64,000 nt of DNA from Camelus dromedarius. Lineage: Eukaryota. The stretch covers positions 101,930,001 through 101,994,000 of the forward strand of contig NC_087437.1 of NCBI RefSeq assembly GCF_036321535.1, written 5' to 3'. A model generated the notes under the pieces. The model ran no database searches. It had not been told where the DNA came from and saw only the letters and a list, made by a program, of their open reading frames with translations. Positions 25,631 to 36,758 of this stretch are shown piece by piece (position 1 is the stretch's first letter; the number at the start of each line of letters is the position of its first letter). Position numbers and translations under genes: made by a program.

Positions 25631-28600
25631 TATTACTGTTATTTAAATCAAGTATAAAGGCAAAACTTCTCAATTTTAGTTACAATTTTCATTCGAAAAC
25701 CAATTACATCTTGACTTCCATTTCTTAAGTTAATATTTGCAAATTGGAAGCTACAGGCACCTGGGAAAACTGCATTTATATTTAGGGAACTTCAGAAGTA
25801 TGTCTCTTTAAAATATCCAGTATCATTAAAATAATATTATTCATGTTTGAAATATGATTCTCTAATTGGTTACTTTTGAATAATCCCATTGAATGTATAC
25901 TTCAATTTCATCATAAATCTCAATAATCTGTATATATCACCTTAAATAAAGTTAGTCTGTCTTATTACTGCTAAATTTGGATCAAAGTTGTACTGTATTT
26001 TTGTTTTCCTCATCTCTTTTAATATTCAACCCCCTGAAAGGATGAATGTATGTCTGTTTTTAAATTGCCATAGACATTTATTTTCTTTCAAGATAGAGAT
26101 CAGATAGCCCATCAGTATTTTAGCACAACAACTTAAGAAGTTCTTTTAGTTAATAAAGTTGGGAAGAGCACACATCTTTATACATATAATATTCCCCATA
26201 TTCAAAGATTAATTTTACATGCTTTTATCACAAATATAGCACTTTAAAAATATTATTTGCATTGTAAATTAAAAATAGATAGAGTTGAACTTTTAACTTT
26301 TGAAATAATACAGAATACTACTGAGAATGAAATGCAATGATAATATTTTTCTAACTATCTACACAACATCTAATCTTCAAAAGTACTTGAAATCTGAATG
26401 CAGTAGTTTTAATTCATAGGGATAAAGCATATTATTAAGTCTGGCGGACTGATGGATCATATGCAGTTACAACAAGTACATCATATCATTTCATTCTTTC
26501 AGCCTGTCCAGAATCAACATTTGCTGTAAGTTTATTATGCTTCCTTCCTTATTATTTTTCTGAACAGCCAGTATTAGCTTAAATCTTGGAAAACAAACAA
26601 ACAAAAGAATGAGGTGTCACAAAATGATGAAGGAAATTTGAACTGTATCAGTGAAATTATTTAAAAAGTTTTAATTAAAATCTTTTCTCTACTTTTACAA
26701 ATTTATCATTCTGAGCTTAAATTAATTTAAAATATGAGATCTTAATATTGAAAATTCTTTATCATATAAAAATACCCTTTAAAATTTTTTAAGTGACATC
26801 AAGAGCCTTAGGTATTTTCTGAGGACTAAAAAGATCAGAGCACCTGTCTCTTTTCTTCCATTTACATGTACTGCTATAAACTTTCCAATTAAGTGAATCA
26901 CTTTTTAAAAATTGCACATAAAGTCCTTTATCTGAATTGTGGAAGAAAATAAAATTTTATTAGGATTGGCAAGGTTGCAATGACTGGATATGATAATGAA
27001 TGAGACCATCAGAATAATTTGTCATGAAATGTCATCATCCACCTTCATGTTCCTATTTATTCTCTTACCAATGCCTCTTGGTAAATGTAGGAGGACAGTC
27101 CCTACATGTGCAAAATGCCAGTGTAGGTGGGCAGTGGCTGCTTTACAATTACACAGAATCATTTCATCAAATAAAATGATACAAGCATTATTTTTAAGTA
27201 TAGTTAAATGTAATATCTAAAACACTTCTGTTTTTGTTCTTTTCATTCATTTAAACAGGTAAGTTTTTCAAAATTATTATTTTCCTGAGCTCTCTGATAC
27301 TTGACATATGATCAGAAAAATGAGGCAAAATACCCATTTACATGGAACATCTGGTTGGCTACTGTCCACATGTATGTTCACTCTATCATGTTAGAAGCAG
27401 GAAAATCAGTAAAATAAGTCTTTTCTGACTTCTTTATAATAATAATATAGCTTTTAATGAAAATTAAATGAATCCTTTCATTCCTTTCTTGGTACATATT
27501 AACTGTTAAAACAAGTCTTTTATGTCATAATTACTCATCAAAGATTTGTTAATGAAGGTAATGAATGATCTGAAAACTCTTGTTTGATAATCTGTTAATT
27601 TGATTTATTTCTACTGTATTTCTGCTTTGCATTTTCAAAAAGCAGTTGGTTACCCAAGTTAGTCTAATAGTCACCCTTAACATCACTCTTACTGTAGGCT
27701 TTTTTTTTTCCTGAAAAGACTCTTTTTTATCGCAAAGAGAAGAGCTAGGAGTTTCAGATTCCCATAGAGAAAATTGGATAATAAAAAATTACATCTACTC
27801 CAAAATATTTAATCTTGAAACATTTATCCTTTGAACCTGAACCAAAATTCAAGGCAAACTGTGCCAAATATTTATTTTCTTAAATGATTTGCTAAATACT
27901 TTTTCAGTTGATGTTTTCAAACTATTCAAAACTGAACAAATAAATCATAAATAATATTAAAAAATAAACAAACTCCAGCCACTGCAGCAATATCTTCACA
28001 CACACACGGGCACACACAAGGATTTGAACATAGATATTCTATAATTGAATAACTTTATAGACATACAGTATCAATGCTAGGAAATAATAAAACCTATTCT
28101 TCATTCCTCATACAGTATGTATCTTAAAAAATGAAAAGGAAAACTGAGTATTTAGTTAAGCTGTTTTATCAATAGCTTTAGCCTGCATAGATGACTCAGA
28201 CTCTAAAGCCCTCTCTTCAGTAACAGATGGCCAGTTACAGTCTGGGTGAAACAGTTAGATTCCCCAAGCAGTGCTCTTGGCTTAGCCAGTGTATAAACTG
28301 TTTCAGTTTCTTTGGAATAAAAATGTACCCAATGCAATTTTCAAGTCTACAGATAAAGCAGACTTCCCAAGAGCACTGCATGTCCCTGATTGGATCCAGA
28401 GGAAAGAAATCAAATATACCTATAGAGATGTTGCATATATAATCCTAGTCCTTTATACATCGGTTATCAATCAGGAGTTTTGTGACTTTATTTGGTGAGT
28501 CAGTTTAAAAACTGGCCAAATTTGGCAGCCTTCTGAGAACTTCTCTGTGGATTTCTACATGACAGCAAAAGAAGGGAATTATTGGAATCAATTTATAAAG

Positions 28601-30511
28601 TTATGATTTTTCCCTAAACAATGTTATTTAAAAGTAAGTGTAATTCTCCCTGGAGCCCTCACAAACCACTTATGGATAGGAAGGAGTTCAAATGAGAGCT
28701 AAGCAAAAATGTACAAACCAAGGTAAAGAAAAATTACCTGGGTCTTAAAGGCCAAGAGTTAAGTTATGGGATGTTTAACATTTAAGAACAACCATTGGAA
28801 TGTTCAGAAGCCATCTTCTGACTTTAAATATAACACTTAATCTAAACATAATGCATGATAAATTTTAGCTTTGTCTTTAAGATTGATAATGCCTAATACA
28901 GATTTTTTTCTGTTAAATAACTTTTAAGATTTAAATTATGAGTACTAGAAAGTATGATAGTATAGTTCATTTCATTCTATATAAAAGTTTCAGATAGATG
29001 GGAAAGGTCAGGAAAGTTGATTTATGAAGTGAAATGCCTGGGAGAACAGGTGAAAGGATGCCCAGATACACCTGTACAATATAAATTTTAGTCTTTTATG
29101 ATATGTTTTGCAAAACAAGCTATTAATATTTTATTTAGTTTGTATACTAATCAAATACTATTGCTGAATTGTAGATGTCTACCAAAGCCCTACTTAATTT
29201 TTTTTTAAAGACCTAATCACTTCAGTTATTTTTTATCTTGGAAAAGGAATTAAAAGAACCTTGCAGAGATTTTTTTTTTTTTTAGCTTAATTCCTCTAAA
29301 TGGGTATATGCAAGAGCATTGAATAACACTGTGTTAGAATCACATATGGCATCTAAATATCACATTCACAGATATCTTTCTGCCTCCAACAAGACTATTG
29401 TTCTTCCCTAGGCATTGATTCATCAAACTGTATGTGTATGTGTATGTGTGTGTATATATTTATGGATCAAGGAGTTAAAAAGTTCTTTTGCTAAGGACAG
29501 ATTTGAGTTTATCTTATTTTCTGTATACTTTATCTCATTATACCAAAGAATATGGCCTTGGGAGACATGTGAAGATTTCTGATGATCTCACTATGGAATC
29601 TGTAGTGCCTTAATTTTCCCTCAACACTATTTCAATCTTAGGCTCTTGTATATTTCCTGGAAATGCAGTCACCTTCTGTCTGAATCAATATTTCAACAAT
29701 AAACAAATTCTATGATTCTAAATGTAACCATATAAAATTTTAAAAATGATTATTTAAAGATTTAATAATAATAATTCAATAATCCATAGATACAAATAAA
29801 TAATTAAATTTAATAATAAATAGTGCGTGTATAATAAGCACACACATGTGTGCATATATATAATTAGATTAATGAAGCAAAATGTCCATTTATATGGGAC
29901 ATCTAGTTGCCTACTGTCCACATGTATACTCACTCTCTCATCTTAGAAGTAGAGAAATGAGTAACAAGTATTTTTTCCTGACTTAATAATAATAATAATG
30001 TAATTTTGGGTATATATAATCTGCATTCCATTGTCTGTATCTGGTTTCTAGATTATGAAGGAAAAAGACATTCAATATTTAGATCACTAATGATATAATC
30101 ATTATATCTGTGTTAGAACAGATATTCTTGTTTGTCAGCATGACCTTTGCAATGATACGACCTTTTCAATGATCTTGGTAATATTATCACACTGTGTGTG
30201 GGAAGAGATTCAGGTGGCTTAGAACCTACTCCTAGTCCAGACATTTTCTAATCAGGAATAAACATATCACTTGATCTCTTTAAGTATCAGGCTTAATTCT
30301 CATTATCAAGCAAAGTATAAGGAAAACAAATGATGTGGCATAAAAGATCAGGGAGTAAGACCAATGGCAGAGATTAAATGGGGAGGCATGAAACAGTATG
30401 CCTATGCTGACACCTGATAATGTCTGAGAATAGTTGAGAGCAAGATGAGTTAAACTGTTTGGGGGGTGGTAGAGGGCAGTCAGTTCTGTTCTTTTAACTG
30501 AATTAACCAAT

Positions 30512-30963
30512 TGTGATGGTTAACTCTATGTGTCAGTTTTACTGGCTGAGCTGCCCGGGTAGCTGATAACATTATTTCTGGACGTGTTTGTAAAGGTGTT
30601 TCTGGAAGAGATTAGCGTTTGAATCAGTAGAGCAAGTAAAGGTGATAGCTCCACCAAGGAGGTGAGCATCATCTAATTAACAGAACGTTTGAATTGAGTA
30701 AAAAGGTGAAGGAAGGGTGAATTCTCTCTTTCTCTTCTTGAGCTGCAACATCCATCTTCTCATGCCCTTGGACGTTGGAGCTCCTGGTTCTCAGACGTTT
30801 GGGCTCAGACTGAATTATACCACCAGCTTTTCTGGTTTCCCAGCTTGCAGATGGTGTGTTGTGGCTTATCTCTGCCTCCATAATTGCTTGAGCCAATTCC
30901 CATAATAAGTCTCTTCTGTGGACATCCTAATTGTCCTGTTACTGCAAAACCTTGACTAATACA
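30512..30963 (+). mobile_element. ERV-L LTR (MLT2B/D-like)
   Basis: Starts TGTGATGGTTAA...TATGTGTCA, contains GGTGTTTCTGGAAGAGATTAGCGTTTGAATCAGTAG and ends CCTTGACTAATACA. Confidence 0.9.
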
Positions 30964-32145
30964 GATACTAGTACTGAGAAGTGGGGGTGCTGCTGTAACA
31001 AATATCTAAAAATGTGGGAGTGGTTTTGAAACTAGGTAATGAGTAAGAGGCTGGAAGAGTTTTGAAGTGCATGCTAGAAAAAGCCCATATTGCCATAAGT
31101 GGACCAATTGAACAGTTCTGGTGGGAGCTCAGGAGGAAATTTGTAGAGAAAACCTCAGTTTTAAAGAACGCCTAAGTGGTGTGAATAGGATGTTGGTAGA
31201 AGTATGAACTATAGAAGCCATCCTGATGAGATCTCAGACAGAAGTGAGGAACATTTTAATGGTAACTGGGGGAAAGGTGATCCTTTGCTATGAAGTGTCA
31301 AAGAGCTTGGCTGAATCGTATTCATGACCTAGTATTTTGTAAAAGGTAAAACTTGTTAGAGATGAAACGATATGTCGCTGAAGAAATGTCTAAGCAAAAT
31401 GTTGAAGGAGAGGCTGGTTTCTTCTGAAGACTTATAGTAAAATGTAAGAAGAGAAAATTTTAAGATGAAATTGTTAATCAGAAAGGAAGCAGAACTTAAA
31501 AATTTGGAAAATTCTTAGCCTATCCATAGTGAAAAGGATTAAAAAAAATAAAAAACTTGTTAAGGAGTGAGCATGAAAAGTGTGGCAAAATTTTATAAGA
31601 ATCTGGATTGGCCATTTTAACAGCTGCCAGGAGCTCCCTCAATAGAGTGAGGCAGATCAGTCAGCCATGTAAAACAGAAGCCAGGACCTATTGTCCAAGA
31701 CAATGGAAGCTTGACCCCAAAGGCATTTCAGAGATCACCAGTCTGCTCCTCCTGTCCCAGGCCCAGAGTGCAAGGGCTTGTGGGACATAGGTTTGGAAGG
31801 AGGGGCTGCCTCACACTGTGGACTCCACTCCCTGCATTCTACCACCACACTCCTCGGCCACTGCAGGGGGAGCTCCAGTGAGACCTGGTGTAGCTTGTGC
31901 TGCATCCAGCAAAGCATGGGGGACCTGGCTACCTCCACCTAGATTTCAAAGGATGGAGCCACCTGGAACCACTGGCACACCACTGGAGCAGAGGGCTGCT
32001 GTAGGAGTGGGGCCACCACAGAGAGTCTCCACTAGAGTAATACTAACGGAGCCTTGGGAATGGGGCCAACCCCTCAACCTCAGACCAGTAGAGCCACCAG
32101 GTTGTGATTCCATCCTGGGAAAGCTTCTCAAATGCGACTCCAACC
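30964..32145 (+). mobile_element. MaLR-type internal sequence (MLT1-int-like), no 3' LTR
   Basis: GAAGTGGGGGTGCTGCTGTAACAAATATCTAAAAATGTGG...GAGGCTGGAAGAGTTTTGAAGTGCATGCTAGAAAAAGC and CTCCACCTAGATTTCAAAGGATG. Confidence 0.85.
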
Positions 32146-32149
32146 ATAT

Positions 32150-32286
32150 ATTCCAAACCCACAGATACAGAGGACCTATATACATTTTTTAATATAAGAA
32201 CTTAAGTATCTATGAATTTTGGTGTCCATGGAGGTTCAGGAACCAATCCTCCCCCTCCCCTCCCCCCGCAGATACTGAGAGACAGA
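32150..32286 (+). mobile_element. MER2-like TcMar-Tigger DNA transposon fragment
   Basis: TGAATTTTGGTGTCCATGGAGG...GGAACCAATCC...GCAGATACTGAGAGACAG terminal motif. Confidence 0.7.
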
Positions 32287-32344
32287 TATCCTACATTATT
32301 TACCTATAATAAAGGGCCAGAATATCTCAACTTACTTTTAGGAT

Positions 32345-32570
32345 GAAAAGTCAACACTATACCTAAGGTCATCTAGATTTTCTCCTAAGTTATCCATAAA
32401 AGAATTTGCTGGGATTTTGATTAGGATTGTATTGTAACTATAGATCAAGTTGGGAAGAACTGACATCTTGACTGTATTGAGCCTTCCTGTCCATGGACAT
32501 GGAATATCCTCCCATTTGTTTAATTCTTCTTTGATTTAGTTCGTGAGAGTTTTGTATTTTATACAGCATC
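32345..32570 (-). mobile_element. L1M ORF2 fragment
   Basis: GCTGGGATTTTGATTAGGATTGTATTG...TATAGATCAAGTTGGGAAGAACTGACATCTTGAC. Confidence 0.85.
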
Positions 32571-32629
32571 TTTTAAGAAAGTCCTGAAAGTCACCAGTTT
32601 TATTTCATATCATGCAGTGGTCAATTGAA

Positions 32630-35150
32630 AACGTAATACCAATATACTGTTTGGTGTTTTCTTGTTCTTCTTTTCTCTCTCCCCTTTCCCTCAACTCTTG
32701 CCAGTGTGCTTTGCCTAATAAAGTACTAGCACGTACACATTTTTGTCAGGCTCTGCTTTCTGGAGAACCCAAGGTAAGACATTCGATACTAGGTATGACC
32801 CTAGAAAGCAGACCCTCAGGATAAAAGCAAGGAGCTGACATACTCATAGTTCTGATGAAGATCCCATTGCTGATAGTAAATACAGTGAGTGTAACTCCTG
32901 GCTTGCAGTAGCACCAAAAGTATCAATAATGATGTGAATGAGTTACAGGTGGAATCTAGATCATTAGGCTCTGTGGTATTAGAATTGTATGGGGTATAAC
33001 AATTACATGAATTCAGTCACTCTGAACAGCCAACTCCTCCATTTACCTGGGCGTCAAAAAATGTCTCATGGCATACTGTGAGTAGCTTCTATGAAGTTTT
33101 TCAGAAGCAGCAATCTCAGGGCAGAACCTAATTGTAAGGGTGTCAGACTGTATAATATAATTAAGTGTGAAACCTCAGCAAGTCTCATTTGTCAATGTTA
33201 GGACTTCATAGAAAAGTAGAACTCTGAAATTTGTGATGAGGAGTGTGGATGGACAAATCTGATAAATTTTAATTCCTGAATTCTGTTGAATTCATTATTT
33301 CTGCAAAAGTCTGCCCCCGTCCTTCTGTTAGAGGAAAACAGCCTCCTCTTGAATAGTGAACTCAGAATGACCTCTTTTGAATCAAATGCTTACAGAGATG
33401 AAACTTGTCTCCACAAAATGTTTTCCTGCCTCCCCTCATTGCCTCTAAGATAATTACAAACATCAGTCCAAACAGGGAAGTAAAATCTGTCTTCCAGAAT
33501 GAAATAGCGTACACATTAAAGGAAGTATTGAACCTAGCTAATTTTTGCTGGCAGGAACTATTGGACAATATTTAGGCATAGAACTTGAGTATATTCATCC
33601 AAGGGTTGGAAAATATGATTTTATAGGAGATAACTTAATTACTTTTAAGAGTTTATTTCCATTATAAGGATGCCTAAATTATCCTAATAACCTATTAACC
33701 TGGCTACTTAAATCTTACATACACTCAACTACAATAAGTTAGGAATGAATGTTGTTACTTCCTTGACATAATACTGTAGATGAAATCAGAAGTCTCAGAG
33801 AATATGGGAAAGTAAAATGGATTTAATACTTAAAAGCAAAAAAAAAAAAAAAAAACAAAAACTTAAAAGCTAAGAACCCAAAATAGCCCAGACGATACTG
33901 TCTTCCATAAAGCAGTAAGGATTAATTTAGAGGGGGTGCTATGGTCCTAGTAAGGATTAATTTTTTGCCGGGGGAGTAGGCACAAAGCATATGGATCTTT
34001 ATTTTCCATAAATAGAGTTGTCTATTGTGAGGTGTTTTATCATATTCATTTTTGCATGTCAGGCAGAATAGGAAGGATTTATTGTGAAATGGAACATCAC
34101 AGTAGAGATTTTTCTCAAGCAGATCAAATACATATTTAAATTACATGAACAGGTAACCCTGATGCCCATGTCACCTGTCTCTTTGTACAAATGAATTTCC
34201 TTCAACTCATACTGTAAGTTAATGGGGGTTCCCTATGACCAACTGCTGGAGCAGGATGAATCTCAGCCTATTCACAGATGGATTATTGCAATATGCTTGG
34301 ATTAGGTGAAAAGGGACTGTTGCCTCACTACAGCTCTGTATTACAGAGCGCTGGTACTTAAAGTACAGTTACAAGGGACATTATTCCAGTGGGCACAGCT
34401 GTGTGTGGGTACCTCATGACACCCTTCTGTGGATAAGAAGTGACCAGAAGTATGGGTATACATGAAATCTAGGACAGAGGCAAAAGTTCTGATTAGTTGA
34501 TCCCGATGTGGAAGTTAAAGAAGAAAGAAAACTGGAAGGTAGCCATTCAGAGTTCTGGGGACTAGACATATGGACAGACCTATGGGAGTGGGCTCGAAGC
34601 AGGTGGATCTTTGTCTTCCGTGTTAGTGCATACCTGAAGACTAATACTATGATTTTTCAGGAAGCCTGTCTTGTCCTACCCAAGTTTGGGCAATGGTCTG
34701 TGAATGATGAAACCAATGCATGGGAGTCATAATATATGCATTAGCACTTGTAGGCTGACCTAGCTAATTGCTACTGATGAATAACCACCCTGCCATTAGC
34801 AGAGACCAGTGATGTGTCTCAGGATGACATCATTCCTCAAAAAGACTAGTTATATACTTAGTGTCATGTCACCTGTCTTAAATATGTTCTCTTTGAAAAA
34901 GGCAGCAATACATACTCACTGAAATCTGTACTTACTCTGCGTATCAGTTTATCTTCCTATCTCATAGTCTGTCTGTCAGCAGCACCACACAACCTGATTA
35001 TTAACATATGCTCTTACTGGCTCTTTCTTTCCCTCCTATCTTCCTCTTTTTTTCCCCTTTAGCCCAGAATCCTAGGACTGCACTACCTGTCAAGTAGTAG
35101 CACATAGCTTTTACTCAGGCTCTGTGTTCTGGCAAAGCTAGAGTAAGACA
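32630..35150 (+). mobile_element. Degenerate, internally deleted ERV-L provirus (LTR16/HERV16-like)
   Basis: Two LTR 3' ends (CAGGCTCTGCTTTCTGGAGAACCCAAGGTAAGACA at about 32780; CAGGCTCTGTGTTCTGGCAAAGCTAGAGTAAGACA at 35150). Leader AGAAAGCAGACCCTCAGGAT, then gag-like and pol relics. Confidence 0.8.
34200..34990 (+). pseudogene. ERV-L pol relic (RNase H and integrase N-terminus)
   Basis: FTDG-like (TTCACAGATGGA) and SQWAEL-like (CAGTGGGCACAGCTG) motifs. ORF 34508-34732 reads WGLDIWTDLWEWARSRWIFVFRVSAY. KADLA/CQQQRP-like relics near 34755-34810. Confidence 0.8.
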
Positions 35151-35879
35151 GTGAGCACATAACAATTTTAATCATTTCATCTAATATCCATATCAAGATC
35201 TTTTATTTCAAGCCACCATTTTTCTCTTTCCAGGTATTTTGGTAACCCTTCTCTATAGTCTTTATTTTACATTCAAATTTATCTTCCTATAACTCAAATA
35301 TGATGGTTACCCCACTCAAAAAAACTTTAAATCATTATATGATTGCTTATTACTGCAGGTTAAAATCCAAGGTTCACAGCAGGGCATACACAACCATCCA
35401 TCTTTCAGGAGGTCAGATTAGCCTCACAGACTTTTTTCCCCTGACAGTGACTCTGAGGCTTACTCTCAGTTTTAAGCCTTGTCAGTGATACTACTTCCTT
35501 TTTCTAAAAAATGCCTTTATACTTACAATTCCTGGTTATCTACTCTGATCTTCACAACTCATCTTAGATACAAGAAAATAAAAAGGAGTGCTGAAAATAC
35601 CAAGTAACAAAATGTGACATAGACAAAGATTATAACTGAGAAATAACCCAGGAAATTGAGAAGTATACTACTTACTGCTTCACAGATATTTCAAGATAAG
35701 CCCCAGGAGTGGAAGTACTTTAAATTAAGTATATTAAGGCTTATACTGGGGGTAAGTAAAATTTATCTGTATAGACCCCAGAGTGTTTAGTTCCAGTCTG
35801 ATATGTAAAATGCTTTTCAAATATCAAGATTTTAGTCAACTCAGTTTACAAAATAAAACTCAGTGATAGTTATGTAAAC

Positions 35880-36004
35880 TATATATATATATATATATAT
35901 AAAAGTTCACAGAATCCTATATATATATAATTTAGAAATATATATAGTATATAAATATATATAGAAAGAGAGAGAGAGAGAGGTAGATAGTGGAGAGAGA
36001 GAGA
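35880..36004. repeat. (TA)n and (GA)n simple repeats
   Basis: Directly visible. Confidence 0.9.
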
Positions 36005-36305
36005 AAATGGAATATGATAGGAGGTTCTGCAAAGAGAAAACCAAGAAAAATACGCATGCTGCTCCTGACAGCTGCTCTAGGAGACCCAATAACCCCTACC
36101 TTCTGTCATGATTTGTTTATGGCAAGAACAAGAGAGTTCTCTTTCAGACATAGCTCCTTAAGCGGTCTAACAAACACAGTCCCACAGGTCATGTGTCCCA
36201 ACCACTGTTCACTCTCAAAGAGGGAAACTGACAATACTCATTACTAGAAACATTCACATCTTTCCTTTTAAAACCAAAATAAAACCAAAAGCAAAACCAA
36301 TGAAC

Positions 36306-36758
36306 TGTTAACCAAAATTTCAGAAATGAAGACCTGATTGAGTAGAAAATTCTGGGGGTTTTGTTTTAGGACTGCATCCATGGAGACAGATTCACGAAGT
36401 GCTGGGATTGTATTCTGCTGGACTGCAAAGTGGAGAGAGACTGTAAAAGCAAAAACTGCAAGGCCACAATTAGTTACAAAAGTTGTTTGTCAAGAATTAT
36501 AATTGGAGCTGGCAAGAAGTAAGGTACTCGATAAGCAAGGATTGGTTGGGGTCTGAAATGGCTGCATGGTTACAAGGGGAGACCTTGAGATCATAAAGTT
36601 GCAGCTGGCAGGTGTTGTTCGAAAACACCTGGTGGTATCCCTGGGTTTGATACAGTTCAGAGAAAATTTGAGTTCTCAGTGGTACAGGGTCTGAGACCAC
36701 ATTCTCAATGGCTGCCAACTTTATATGCCTGAATTATGATGACTTCATTATAATTTCA
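36306..36758 (-). mobile_element. ERV1-class solo LTR
   Basis: TGTTA...TTCA termini, about 450 bp, several minus-strand CCAAT boxes (ATTGG), AATGGCTGCC motif near the 5' end. Confidence 0.6.

Noticed and set aside
31818..32192. 124-aa GC-rich ORF
   Set aside because: It lies within MaLR internal sequence and runs into MER2, with a non-ATG start.
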